Assembly (NCBI GenBank): GCA_964187785.1
Contig: OZ076409.1
Location: forward strand, 3,350,001-3,414,000
DNA from: Amphiscolops sp. MND2022
Taxonomy: Eukaryota
Reading direction: 5' to 3'
DNA length: 64,000 nt
Shown piece after piece: positions 51,011-64,000 of this stretch; within the stretch, counting starts at the first letter, position 1; the number at the start of each line of letters is the position of its first letter. The position numbers and the translations under genes are program-made. Below the pieces are notes generated by a model. The model was not told the DNA's origin and made no database searches. It saw nothing but the letters and a program-made list of their open reading frames with translations.

Positions 51011-51642
51011 CCAAAATTGAACGGATCTAAATCGGCAATGAACACCAACAATGATCAGATTAAAACAACTTTCACACGTTTCTGATAAGACGCTAAAGCC
51101 ACGCCAATTTATAGACTTTCTCAACCTGAAACTGGGACTAAAACAAACCTCTAAAACACAATCAGCCAATCTAAATAGAAACTAGGGGCATAATAGTTTC
51201 TAAAGTAAGAGCATATACTGATTCAAAACAGAAAATACATTTAGGACGCACAGAGAAAGGCAGCCTAATTGCTCTTTGAAAATCAATTATAGCGATATGA
51301 GACGAATACATGTCATTAAGCAAACAATAATGGCCATGGTAACTAATATTCGTAACGGCTGTGACGTCAACACTATGTCACAATAATGGCAGCTAGCTGA
51401 ATTGCTTTCCAAAAACTCGGCAGCACCTCGTCAGACTCAGCAGCTAACCAAGTCTTTCGATAAACCCGTCAACATGACGTGACAAGTTTATAAATAATAA
51501 ACGCTTGGGCAGTGATAAAATTTAAAAAATGTACCAATTCGGCAAAGAAGCTTAAGAGGATATTAGTTTGAAATCACAATACAATTACTCTTAAGGCTAA
51601 GAAATACCTAAGTCTGCGTCTAGGGTGCGTCGTCAAAGAATA

Positions 51643-52273
51643 ACATGACGGGAACGTCTAAAGTCGGCGCTATATCTAAGGCTCAAAAAGCGCAGAGTTT
51701 TCTAAATATTCCCAGGATGTATTCATGAAAAGCTTTGAAAACACTTTTGAGACACCCAAAGTGTGCCTTTCATGCTCGATATGACTGGAAAATCACTTTT
51801 CCCGACTGGAAACAAAAAAAAATTGAAAATTATTTCGAAAAAAAAAATTTAAACTTTTGTTTGAAAAAAAAACTTCGAAAACGTCGCATAGTGCCGAAAA
51901 ATGAAAAAGGGGAACCCTTTGGGATTCATTAACAAACTTTCTGTTGCAAAATATCAAAAAATCCAAAGGGGGGACTCTTTTGAGACATTAAATTTTTTCG
52001 AAAAAAAATTCGCACAGTGCCGAAAAAAATTGAAAAGGGGGACCCTTTGGAGTCTTCCGGTTTTGTAGGTTACGTAAAAAAGGTCAAAAACGAAAGGGGG
52101 GACCCTTTGCAGTAAGATTGCATTGGTCGAACTTGGCCTGAGTGAACTTATCAGTTTCTGTAAAAAGTGGTATATACGCGATGAGCTCTGTGGTCTGACG
52201 AAAAAAAGAAAAAAAAACTAGCCACTGTATTTGCCGGGCTATTTTCCTTAAAGGAAAAGGCGCCGACTAAAAA
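51643..52273 (-). mobile_element. HINE-family copy
   Basis: ACATGACGGGAACGTCTAAAGTCGGCG ... TTTTCCTTAAAGGAAAAGGCGCCGACTAAAAA. Confidence 0.85.
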
Positions 52274-55200
52274 CATTTGAACGGGAAATAAAATCACTTT
52301 GAACGCATATTACAAAGTAGGGACTTTTTCATTGAGTACTTGTTTGAAAGTCACAGTTTATGATCGCAACCAAAAAGAAAAAGGTTTTTCTCATTGCAAG
52401 AATTGTTTCATATGTTTCTACTTTTGCACTCAACCTTCAATACTAATCCTGTGATGTTACCTCTTCGAGTTGACGTCGTTACCTCGTTACCTAACTTGAG
52501 ACCACTTTGTAAATGTTTGGTAATGACCATCTTGATACCTGTTGCTAAATGGTTATTGTTTGTAGTTACCCGTCTAAAACTGTTTCACCACCTGCCTTGT
52601 ATTGTGTTGCGCATATTAACGTTTATCGTAAATGGTTACCGTTACGGTGTTATTAATTAGTGTGTAAAATGTTGACGTTGTTTTGACGAACGATTATCAT
52701 GCTTAATTAAGTAAGCGATTTAATTGATTGAAACAACCAAAACTCTGTGTTTCGTCATACTCCCGTTCCCTCTGGCTTCATTCAGAAAAGCTTTTGTGAA
52801 TTTGTCATCATTTCCATCAAGTTGAAATTCGAAATCAGGTTTTTGTTGTTCACATCAGCGTAAGCTCTGCTTCAATTTTCCCGCGAACCAATCCAGTAAA
52901 ACAGGGAAATATTTCCGGTTTGAAAGACTGAAGTAAAATCTACTTCCTGCTTTGGGGAAATAGAAAGACGCCGGAGTGAAACGATATGATCATTTTCGAT
53001 GACTAATATTTGTTTAGGATCTTTGTGTCTTGAAAAATTGGCGAAATGTCGACGCAAATTGTGGATTAGAATGAAGTTTTTTTCCGAAATACAGGAAACG
53101 ACTACTTGTTCAAGGAGCATTCGGGAATAGACTCGTGCTCAAATGATGCTACGATGGTATATATGCCTTGAAATTTGTAAACTGAGGGACTCATTCTTTT
53201 TGCTTTCGAATAAAACAGTTGATCTGTAACCCTGCTACTTTGCTTTCGCTGTGCCTTTGATACAAAAGTTTGCAATCTAAAACATCACTTCAAAATCCCA
53301 AAACACAAATCGTTTCATCAAGATGTCAACCAGAAACCAAAAGAAAAGAATTAATCAACACTAAAGCATCGGAAACGTTAGTGAAGCTATAACTTCCCCA
53401 GTTTCGGTAAGAAATGTAGATTTTGGTGATCAGGACGTTGTAGCTGCGGGACCCTGGTCTGCTAAATCCACTAGAATTGAAAATAGCGTCTTAGAAGGAC
53501 TCTGAGCTTCACTGAAGGAAGATATATCTTCCGAAATCAGAGGTCTCCTAGTATAATCATAAAAGGAACTGTTAAAGATGAGAACATCCTCGAAGGAGAA
53601 ACTAGAAAATTTCATATCCCTACAAGAACTATCAGAATTAGTTCCACCCTGAATGACGACACGAACGCAAGCCGTAAAACTGACCAACATCGGCGTTTAC
53701 TTTGTCACATACAAAATTTTATGCTACTATATTTAAACAAATGGCTCATATTACAGACCTCACTCAGATTAGTCCTGATTTTCTGCCATTACGTATTGTT
53801 TCCATGGTTCTCTTGATTTTGTTAGCAGAATATTCAAGCCACCTATTAAGAGTTCATGTATGGATTGAGAGAAAAACTTCGATGTGACTCATTATCGATG
53901 TTACTGTCAACTACCATATGAAGTGGGTAAAACGAAATGCAAGTAGCACAATGATGGATAATTTTAAGGAATGTGAACAATAATCATTATCCGCCTTACA
54001 ACACACGTTAGATGATTTCAATACAGGCCGAATTGTTGTACATTTCTTATGCACCAATCTAGACTTTATGAGGGAACTTCCAGCTGATGGAAACAGTATT
54101 CAGGTTGAGTCAAACCTTAGTGGCGCTGAGGTGCGTATTAAGATTAGTTATAGTTGACCAAGGCTTGACGGATACGTTACGTCGAGCCCCAGAAATCATT
54201 TCAACTGTCTTTTTAATGACGTCACAAATATCATTCACAAACAGTCACGAATAATTGTTTAGATTGCATACTTACAACCATAATAGACGTCGCAGACTGT
54301 CCTAATATGCTAAAAGATTACAGTTGGTTTGAATATTTCAGGTCGTATAGTACTACAATTGTAGTTAAATGTTGTTTCAAGTTTTTGATTTTGGAAAATG
54401 TATAGACTGGCATTCCTTCTCAATAGGTATTTCGGTTGTATTGCTTACATTGATATCAATGTTCACCAATAAGAACGCCAGAAAGGAGGAAGTAATACAC
54501 CTGAGTTGTTACGTCGGAAATTTGTTTAAATGTTTTACGAAGTGGAAAATGTCATTTGGCGTCGAGCTCAAGTCAATTGTTTACTGTGAGTTTAGCTGTG
54601 TTGCAAGTAAAGTATTAGCACTAGCTTTTGTTTTTTCCGTGCCAAGTCCTGCTTCTCTCCTATGATTCCCGTGCTTGTAGTATGTCCATGAGCCGCTAGC
54701 GGCCTGTGACAGCTAAAATATTGCAATGTTTGAAGTGCAATGTGACAAGTTTTCAATGTTTCAGTTCGACCAATAATTTGTACAACAATTGGACGTTTCA
54801 GTGGATTTTAGGATCCCCATGTTTTAAAACAAAGACTCGATGCATTCTTCTAGTGGTTTGATGCTGAAAAAATTCAAGAAAAACCAAAGTCGAACATCTG
54901 TTTTCCAAAGATGTTCTTCAATTTCCCAAGACTTTTAGGTGTTTCCTGAGGTGTGAACTTCCACAACACTAGAATTCAGAATTTTCAGTCAACTATTCTG
55001 TTTATACTTAGAAGATAGAGTTTTTCTATGAAAAGCTGCGTAAAGGAAACCGAATTTTTCTGCGTTTTAGGACCATGGTTTTGTGCGTACGGTGTTAGTG
55101 TTGTGTTCCCGCAAATTCAGGTTCGAATTTTCCTCAACGTAGAAAATTTGGGTTTCCAGCGTGCTCCTAACCTCCAGTTGAAAAGTATCATAGCTAAAAA

Positions 55201-55789
55201 AGAGCGAAGTTTACAGCAGTAAGTCCTACGTCAATTTACCAGGTGGCTGCAAATATGGTACTGTAGCTTCGATTGTGGAGTTGGTATCGAGAAATCACTT
55301 TTTTAGAAAATCAAATATGAAGCAAGTACAGGCCTCACGCATTTCGGTATTTGTTTTTTTCTCAACTTTAGACCGTATCGAGCCTTGGGTTTGCTTTCTG
55401 TGCGAACTTCACGTGGTATCCACACAGTTTAACAAAACGTTTGGGTACTTATCGTGTTGTTGAATGAAGTGTTTCCTTCAAATTGGAATAATATGAATCG
55501 AAATGTGCCATTTCGTTTATTGGCAACACTTGAGCCTTGAAATTGTATCGTTGCTAGAATATGTCGGGGTGGGAAATATCCCGCTAAAGTCACTTGAATC
55601 TTTTTGTGGTCTTCTGATTACGCCTCAAGATCTCCCGAAAAATCTAGTTTTATGAACGTACAATTCAGAAATATAATTATGTCATCTGGGACGTAATTTG
55701 ATTTGAGTTTAAAGTAGATGTTCTGAATGTTAATCATATAATACAGAATGCGTGGGTGCATTCAATGACGTTCCTCAAGAGTATCTACC

Positions 55790-57316
55790 TTACGAATCAT
55801 TTACCGACGATGAATCTGTTTTTGCTCGAATGATTTCTTTCCTGGCCTCCTCTTCGAGGTATTGGTCCTCGGATATTTTTTTCGTTTCATCTTTGAGTTG
55901 GTTAACCACTGTTTCGAACCTCTCCAATGATGCCAATAAAGCTTCGTAGTTTTTGACATTGGTCGGGTTCCATCTCACAGCGTATGTCCCGAATAGAATT
56001 TCTGACTTCAGAACAATTTCAGCTTCGAGTCTCAGGGTATGAATTGCATCCAACTGATCAGAATGCTCATTCAACATTTTCTTTCTAACTTCATCACTGC
56101 GTTTTTGAAGTTCTTCGAAAGTATCTGATACTTGCTGTCTCAGGCAGATAAGCCGCTCAATAGTTGCCGTTTGCAATCCTTCTTTATAATTTTTAACAAA
56201 AACTGTAATGTCAATCTTTTTCGTTTGAAAATCAGGATGCCATTTTATGTTGGAATCGTCCCAAAGGCTTTCTGATTGACTCAACAGTATTTTGTCTTCA
56301 TCAATCAATTTTCTGATGCGGGCATTAATTGTGTTCTTTGGTGCTTTCTTTTCTTCTTCCATCTGCTGACTGTAAAGTGCTTTCAATTTCTGCACGGCAG
56401 CTCCCATTCTCTCATAACTTCTGGACCAGCAAACGTTCCACTCTGTAGCTTCCATTGCGAAAAACAAAGATTTCATTAGTTGACATTGGAATGGTTGAAG
56501 GTTATCGAATTCCAGGCAAGATGAATTTAATTGTTCAATTCGAAATTCTCTCCAGTCTGTTGGTGATACCTTCAAACACATTAACGAAAAATTAGTCAAA
56601 ATTTTGGCGGCTTCTTTCTTCAGTTCGAAAACCTGATCTACACTATTGCTTCGCATTGACAACAAGTGCTGCTCTGTAAGGCTGTTGAAACTATAAAAGT
56701 AAAGGTCCATTGATGCGAGCAATTCACCTACTCTGAAGAGAGCATCAGCTTTCAGTTTCCACTTTCTCCAGCTAATATCACTGGCAATTCTTTTCGAAAA
56801 AAATCTTTTGTTGATGAGATCGATGGTGGTGATTGAGCCGTTTTTAGACTCCGATAAAACAAACGTTAACAGTGACAATAACATCATCACGCGATCGTTC
56901 TTGACTAAAAGGTGATGAGTTTTGAAAGGATTCCCACGTTTTTCGGAGAAGTTTTCAATCAGCAAGTAAGTGGCACTGTAAAATACGTCTTGCAATGTGC
57001 ATGATATATTTTCAGGTGTTATCCAAATGTCTCTGATGCCAAAATTTCGAAATGTTTCAAGGCTTGAAATTTCAGTCACATCTGCAACGTGAAGGAATCT
57101 TCCTTTTTCACCGAAGTACTCGGAGACTCCTTCAATATCAGACAACTCTCTTCCTTCATATTTTCGTTTTTGGAACGAGGCCAGAGAGTGTTCAAATCCA
57201 ACGAATAAAACAGACGGTCTTTCCTCCACTGGACCGTGTGTACGTAAAAAAGTCACGAAAGTTGAAGTGTACCACTCATCTATCACCCTAGTTGAGTGTG
57301 CTCGAAAGTTTTTCAC
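55790..57316 (-). CDS. Large exon-like ORF with a TPR-like helical region and coiled coil; probably part of a host gene
   Basis: 508 uninterrupted codons in otherwise decayed DNA. WKLKADALFRVGELLASMDLY..AAKILTNFSLMCLK..AMEATEWNVCWSRSYERMGAAVQKL follows TPR consensus spacing. Candidate acceptor TTAG near 57326 and donor GTAAGG near 55793. Confidence 0.65.
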   Translation of the reverse strand: MKNFRAHSTRVIDEWYTSTFVTFLRTHGPVEERPSVLFVGFEHSLASFQKRKYEGRELSDIEGVSEYFGEKGRFLHVADVTEISSLETFRNFGIRDIWITPENISCTLQDVFYSATYLLIENFSEKRGNPFKTHHLLVKNDRVMMLLSLLTFVLSESKNGSITTIDLINKRFFSKRIASDISWRKWKLKADALFRVGELLASMDLYFYSFNSLTEQHLLSMRSNSVDQVFELKKEAAKILTNFSLMCLKVSPTDWREFRIEQLNSSCLEFDNLQPFQCQLMKSLFFAMEATEWNVCWSRSYERMGAAVQKLKALYSQQMEEEKKAPKNTINARIRKLIDEDKILLSQSESLWDDSNIKWHPDFQTKKIDITVFVKNYKEGLQTATIERLICLRQQVSDTFEELQKRSDEVRKKMLNEHSDQLDAIHTLRLEAEIVLKSEILFGTYAVRWNPTNVKNYEALLASLERFETVVNQLKDETKKISEDQYLEEEARKEIIRAKTDSSSVNDS

Positions 57317-58802
57317 TTTTATAGGCTAATTTACTAGATTTTCGGGAGCTGCATGCTGAGTATTTTCATGCTGCGTCACCAATTAGTCAAGTATTCGTTA
57401 GGATTTCTCTATAATTCGGCGAATTTTTAGAGTAACATCAACGAAACACATAACAACTCTTCGAGCAAAGTTGTAAGTTTTCGTGGGCAAGGCCCCGAAC
57501 TTTGTAAGCACAGACGCTACAACATGACGTAAACAAATGACGTAAAACTGAACTTTTTGATAGATTTTGTTTTTTTTTCATTCTTGCAAACGGTTAAAAA
57601 ACGCAATATTGGTAACATTCCGGGTTTGGAAAAACAAACACAATTTCATATCAATGTTCTTCACTGTTTTTCAGTGAGAGCGGAATATCGAAAACAGCAG
57701 TTTTGATTGGTTGAAATTTTGATTATTTTCAAACTTTTTTCAGCCACAGATCCGTAAAACATCTGAAATACTGTAAAAAAATCTAGCATAGGTTTTTGTG
57801 AGCATTTTTATTTGAATTGCTGACGAATTATCAAATTTCAGTCATTTTTGATGAAAAACAACAACATAATTTTTGAAAAATGCGAATCCAATGAATCTCC
57901 ATTACAAAATAGTCAAAATATTCAAATTTTATCCAGAAAATCAGTTTTTTTTTCGTTTTGGTCGTACGTATCTGAGACCCTGATAGTCGCGACGACCAAA
58001 AGTAGCATCATTCGATTAAATCTTACCCTCGTTATTTATACAACTTCTTTCAGTCCAAAGCGATACGAAATAGACAGATAGGGGGGCGGTAATAACTCTT
58101 CAGGAATTACGCAAATAAAAAACCCAAAAGTGGAAAAAAAACGACTAAAATCAAGACTTGATCGCTCGCTTTATTAAAACATTGAATTGTTGACGGTATT
58201 CGGTACACGTTGTTGGCGCTATTAGTTGGGAGGGGGAATGAGATCTACAATTTATCAGTTTCAGATCTTATTTCCTTTTTTTTTTACTTCAGTTCGTATT
58301 TTTCAGGGAATAAGATCTAAAAATGACAGAGTTTAGATCTTATTCCATTTAGATCATATTCCAGCCCTGAAAGCTTATTCGTTCCCATTCGTACTATTTC
58401 ACTCGGTCCCTAGCGATACGAACTAGGCGGATTCAACTGTATAGGGCTTTCCACCAAAAGTTTTGACGTTGTTTTACGTTATTTCCTATTTGCTAGGCAT
58501 TTTTCCCGAAACACCTTTCAGGCGGTAAAACAAGATAGTACCTAAAGGAATAAGATCTAAACCAATCCAATCACTCGAATTGACATGATAGAGGAAGGTC
58601 AATCTTACAGTTTAGACGCTATTCTTTGTGCCCGTTTCAGACGTTATTTTTGGTTCCGTTTAGATTGTACTATCTTGCCTCTCATACAATTAATACTAAC
58701 TTTACTATCTTTGACGAACGTCGTCGAAAAGAAGATCATAGATTAGAGATACTCACAACTTACGACTCAAGTTTTCAAGTTTGAAGACACAGGTGACTCT
58801 CA

Positions 58803-59490
58803 TTTTTAGTCGGCGCTTCATGAAGTGAAACGCGACTATTATAGTGACTCTTTTTTTTTCTATCCACACGAACTGACCAAAATAGTTCTACAAAAGTTCT
58901 ACAAAATATTATTGCATCAAAATGCACTATTTGGTCTAGCGAGCTGAACCAAAAAGGTTTTTCCTGTTTTTCCGCGTAACATACCATACCGGGCGAGACC
59001 AAAGACTCCCCCCTTTCATTATTTTCGGCACTGCGAGACATTTTTTTCGGAATTTTTTCTTCGGAATTTTTTTTCCTCAAAGGGTCCCCCGTGCATTTTG
59101 TTGATGTTTTGCGACAGAATGGATGTTGAAAAATCCCAAAGGGTCCCCCCTTTCAGTTTTTTTTCGGCATTGTGAGATTTTATCCCGAAAATGAAAATTT
59201 TTGTTTTCTTCAATTTTTTCATGTTTTGCGACAGAATGGATGTTGAAAAACCTCAAAGGGTCCACCCTTTCAGTTTTTCGGCATTGTGAGACTTTAGCGC
59301 GCCAGGGGCTCGCGCTAGCGAGCCCCGGCGCCCCACTCGGTCCATTTTTTTGAGTATGTAATTTTTTCGAAATTTTTTTTTCAAAAATATTCGATTTTCG
59401 AGTACTGTAAAAGAGTACTTGACACTTGGAAGTCTTTTTGCTATTTTTGAGCCTTGGATATGGCGCCGACTTGGGCCGGTCCCGGCTTGT
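58803..59490 (+). mobile_element. HINE-family copy (same subfamily as 4198-4855)
   Basis: TTTTTAGTCGGCGCTTCATGAAGTGAAACGCGACT ... GGCGCCGACTTGGGCCGGTCCCGGCTTGT. Confidence 0.88.
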
Positions 59491-60031
59491 TGAAGTCAAT
59501 CCTTGACATAAAATTCCGTGACTTATTACACTCAAATTTAGGTCTTTACCTCATCCATTAATAACAACAACCTCAACCCTTTTTGTCAGTGATGTCCCTC
59601 CTTTTAAATTTTTACACGGTTCTAAATCTTTCTTAATACCCTCACTTATCTAAAATACACCGCACAAGTTTCTCGAAGGTTCCTTTCAATTGTGATTTTT
59701 CTTTCAAAATCTTTTTTTTACCTTTCTCGATTTCTGGTCGAACTACGTGAATGAAAACCTAGTTCTTCAGGACATATGCTGTCAGAGAAGTCTTTTCCCT
59801 GCGATAAGATACGTTTTAGAGTTTTTGATCTGCAATTTAGAGAATAGTGATTGGAACATGTTTTCGTTTCAGGGTCTTGTTTTCAAGGCGCATGCAATTT
59901 GTTGCAATATTTTTCAAGATGCGGGGAAGTTTTATTAGTTTTCACAACATGCAGGAAATTTTTTACATAATTTTCCATGCAGGGTCCCTGATGTTTCTAA
60001 AGTTTATCAAAAATAATCCCTGCGTGCATAC

Positions 60032-60914
60032 CTGCGCATAAAAAGTTTTCATGCAATCTCAACTTGGGTAGGCAGCACTCTAGGACATTATTTTTTGGGT
60101 CTTCGTTCATCTCGCAGCAATCCAATAGTTGCAAATCGCTCACTATAATTGTCAAATTAGTGGAAGCTCTTGTGACGGCAGTAAAAAAGAGACTTGCGAA
60201 AATACGATAGAAGTCTGCTAGATGCATGTAGCTGATTACAATAACAACTGCGCCAAACTCAATGCCCTCGATCTCTGTAGGGTTGTATGAAACAATGGTG
60301 GTTCCATGATTCCTTGGTTGGTGGTTCATGTATTCAGTTCTGCTGATGCATGGTTGATTTGGAAACATTATTCTGAAAGTAGAAAACAGCATATCTTGAA
60401 GCGCATTACTCATGAAGCAAATAACAGGAAAAACTCCGTGATCTCCTAATTTCTCTGCCGTGTGTTTGATTAAAGTTACACATTTAGCAGTGAAATGGGG
60501 ATATTCCAAAACCTCCATGCCACATTTTTGGATGATTTGAATATCAACTCTTTCGCCTTCAAAATTGTGGGCAGGATGGCAATCGAACTCCACGCTGCTC
60601 TCACTCCAATGTTTCCACCTTGTTGCGAAACGAGAAATTGCACCTGTCGATCGAAGGGATGCGCTTAAATGAATGATTTCAAACTGGGGTATTTCCACGC
60701 AAGAAACAGTGGATGTGAAAAGTATAATATTTTGATCTGCGTTTAGGCTATCCAGAATCAAGTTAGGATTCTGTCCCTGATTGAGAAATTCGTCGCAGAG
60801 AACGACAGTTGCTGGTGTTTCTTGCTGCTTAAATTCACTAAACCATTCACGGTATCTCTTTTCATTATAGAAGACTTCGAACTCCGAATAAGCTGAAACA
60901 GTGAGTCTGTTGAA
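60032..60914 (-). CDS. Exon encoding an SF1/UvrD-like (Schlafen-type) helicase region from Walker B to motif VI
   Basis: VVLCDEF (Walker B), LSASLRSTGAISRFA, EIEGIEFGAVVIV (motif V), FFTAVTRASTNLTII (motif VI). Acceptor CTAAT..CCTTCCAG at 60915 (alternative AG at 60893); donor CAG|GTATGC at 60031. Confidence 0.72.
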
Positions 60915-61409
60915 CTGGAAGGTTGGTGAAATTAGAAAAAAAAACATTCTGAAAATTTCAGAATCAACGGCTCATTCGATCCATGCCATGCTCAAGACTT
61001 CAATCAGGTCACAATCAGGTCAGAATGAAAATACTATTTCATGTATATGATCTCTGTGTTGAAAATCAAAAAACTATTTACATGGATGAAGAAACCAATA
61101 AGGCTTCTTCCCTAGTCACAGCAATCATCCACACTAACAGACGTTTATTCAACAGATTCAAGCCTCATATTCAAGTTCGGATAACGTTTAATACATCTTC
61201 CGGAATCAATCAAAAACAACTTTCATTTTAACATCCATATGTCCCATTTCAATATGAAAATGAAAATTTCTACTGAACCATGCGTTTTCGAATATTTGCC
61301 ATAATCCAAGCCAAGGTGCTAGTCAAATTGTAGGACGTGCAATACTTTTTAGAGTTTCACAAAAAGAGTTTTGTTTTAAAAGTTTCCTTTTGTTTTCGAT
61401 TATGAGGGG

Positions 61410-62210
61410 TTGACCAAACCGGTCCTTGTCATGACAGATAACAAGTCCGTGACAAGATTCGACCTGACGGAAATCATCCCCCGGTTCTAAGGAACGCATG
61501 CGACTTCTTGTTGCAGTTTAACTGTCCGATAGCGCACGTTCCTGGACGGATGAACACCTCCGCAGACTTCCTCCCTCGTCTCGACCTCGACCCAAACGAA
61601 AAGGTCCCACTACTGATTAGGGATGACATCCAAACTTCACCGATTGATGTCCACATCCAGTTATTCGATTTCGGGAAAGAGGAACACTTTTACTTCCTCC
61701 CAAAAGACGAGATTAAACCTGAAGATCAATATTGGGAGAAAAATCAACGAGTCCGTAAAAAAGCCTGGAAAACGACGCCAACAGTAAAACAATATGTAGA
61801 AGAGCCCCCCAGACAACGGAGTCGTTATATTACAAACAGAATTAACTGGACGCACACAAAAAGCAGAACAACGACAAAATGTCTTGTCCACGGACATTAG
61901 ACACAAGAAACGGCAGGACTCAGTCCTACGAAACTACACAATTTGCCTCGTTAAAGAGCTATTTGACGAACAACTGATTGTAACGGATCAAAGGGCACTA
62001 CAGTATTCGGTCCAGAAACCCCACATCATCCTTATAGACGGACAGTTATTCCGACAGTGTTTTGGGGAAACAGGGAGCGTCAAGTACCTGTAGGTAATTC
62101 TACCGGAACAGTTGGTGGACTCAATCATTTTTGCGCGCCACGGGATGGCCAACATACACCATGAAATTACAAAAGTCATAAAACAATGCTACTTTCCAGG
62201 CCTATCGGAT
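61410..62210 (+). pseudogene. Gypsy pol remnant (RNase H end, integrase zinc-binding region)
   Basis: TKPVLVMTDNKSVTRF..NACDFLLQFNCPIAHVPGRMNTSADFLPRL; HGMANIHHEITKVIKQCYFPGL; stops and frameshifts. Confidence 0.75.
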
Positions 62211-64000
62211 AGCACGCCATGAAAACGATAGCGAAGGCTGCGTTCCAGACACACCAACAGAACCAACAGTGGCAGTTACACGTGTCTCAGATCCAACAAA
62301 AACCTGTCTCACTTGCAATTAACTGGGAAGCAACTTCATCGAGTGACTTGGTAGGAGACGTAGTACCTGAGAACACAATCACCAACGCTCTAGGACGCCA
62401 ACACGAAACTAGTTGCAGATGATAGCTATTAAAACGACCTCTCAGATCACGAAACAGATCCCGACGAACTAAAAGAAAAACGACTGCCAATGCGCGAAAG
62501 ATGAATCGTCCATGAAAGACTTCCCAGAAAGCAGGTTTATATTTGATTCCTCGAGACAATGTCATTAAGTTGACAGAAACTACTATCCGAACAGGAACTA
62601 CTATCCGAAATCTAGGACTGCTCTGACAGAATGGATGACGTCAAAACCTTCTTCGGAACATGAGAATCACAGCGAAATTTCCACGTCGCGACAACAACCC
62701 AGAAGATCAGATCAGTTTGGCGGAGAAAAACGCTCTCCTCAACAGTTGATATGTTACGTTGGTTACGACCACGCATATCCACCAGTAAGGATATGAAGTG
62801 GTTCCTAGCTGTTTTGGCATCTAGAACCGACACTCTTCCACAAAACTGCAAACATGACACCCGATCATGGAACAGTGCAACACTGTAGGCCTCTCCACCC
62901 TGCTAGCGCACATCTTAGGAGCAACAACAAGAACTGGGGGCCAAACAGGAATGAGAATAAGCCGACACATTGGGGACTTCCCGGAACAATAAAAAATGGT
63001 GACAGTCACGAAAGAAACTACCCTGAATGGCATCGCAACAACCGCCCAGAGCTAGTGCGACAATGGGTTCATTTCTGAGACAATCCACAGAGTAGACCAG
63101 GTAACCAAGGGGCGCCCAATGTAGTCACTCCACGCATCAAGTTGATGTAATTCCGCGAGTTTCTTTACTTAACCAGGAGGCTTCAATTTAAAAAAAAACT
63201 ACACATAGTTACGACAGCTGTAGTTGAGGATGGTAGAATCCAGCCGTTTCTCAAAGTTTGACTGGGAGCAACTCACGAGTACATGGAGCAGATTAAGACG
63301 CCGTGAAAGCAAAATATCTGGCACAGCAATCATGCCCAATACCACAGGGGTTTTACCACGAGGCGTAGGAACAAAACTATTCTCCGTGAAAAAAAGTTCA
63401 CATCCTCTCAGTGACGAACCAACTCCACAAGGTCGTCACTCAAAGAAGCGAAATGGATCTCATGACGCTGCACAAAACGCTGAAAACTCACTGAACTCAT
63501 CCTTGAGGGCTGATGAACTGCTTTGTTGAAGTGAAGTAACAAGACCTCCAAGACAACAAACGTGTTTAGCGACTGAGTGCCAATCAATCCAGTCTTTCAA
63601 ACATGAACTTTGAAAACGTCGGAAGTGTACTCCAAAAGAGACAGCGGTACAAGTTGATCATGGAATCGACAAATTTTTGTGAAAATGTTGAATTGGATTG
63701 AAGAAAAATTTAATAACCAGACGGGCGAAAGTTCAGCATGCAGAATAGCGAGCACCTGAGAGAAACACTCTATCTCTGCATCGCCGATACCGGGAGCCCC
63801 AGGCTACCACAGGGCACGAAGTTCCCGAATGACATCACCGGTGTAACATCACACAGAGCAGCGCACCCCGTCATCTCCCTCCTGCAGCAGAAGGCTGAAA
63901 TGGTCTTTTTCACACCTCGACTGAATCCGACAGAAGACAGAAAATGCGAGGGTACAACGTCTGACTCACAATCAACAGTGATTCAGTATTTCTCCAGGTT

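Noticed and set aside
53320..53650. Possible gag N-terminal remnant (MSTRNQKKR..)
   Set aside because: Several stops and no diagnostic motif; LTR and PBS were not established.
1881..59535. Many short K/F-rich ORFs (e.g. 4558-4893, 20354-20818, 59077-59535)
   Set aside because: They are chance translations of HINE copies with frameshifting homopolymer runs.
59500..59990. Small exons linking the helicase and TPR ORFs
   Set aside because: The candidate AG/GT pairs examined gave in-frame stops in the required phase.

Overview
AT-rich, repeat-dense animal genomic DNA; the species cannot be determined from the sequence alone. The left 36 kb lies within a minus-strand RIM/UNC-10-like gene. Two coding exons (35889-35387 and 12921-12702) splice in frame across a 22,465-bp intron. 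This region is filled with a DINE-1/HINE-like (Helentron-associated) repeat family, hAT and Tc1/pogo-type MITEs, and a 3.2-kb tandem duplication. From 37 to 54 kb there is a nest of decayed retroelements. A CRE-clade LINE is interrupted by a foldback element and by a Mag-clade Gypsy element that carries an extra ORF upstream of gag (possibly SGNH-like). That element's 5' LTR is cut by a fragment resembling a chuvirus-type/gB-like class III envelope glycoprotein. The right end has two intact minus-strand exon-like ORFs (SF1/UvrD-like helicase C-terminus and a TPR-containing region) and more Gypsy pol debris. All protein family calls come from manual motif recognition; no database search was run.
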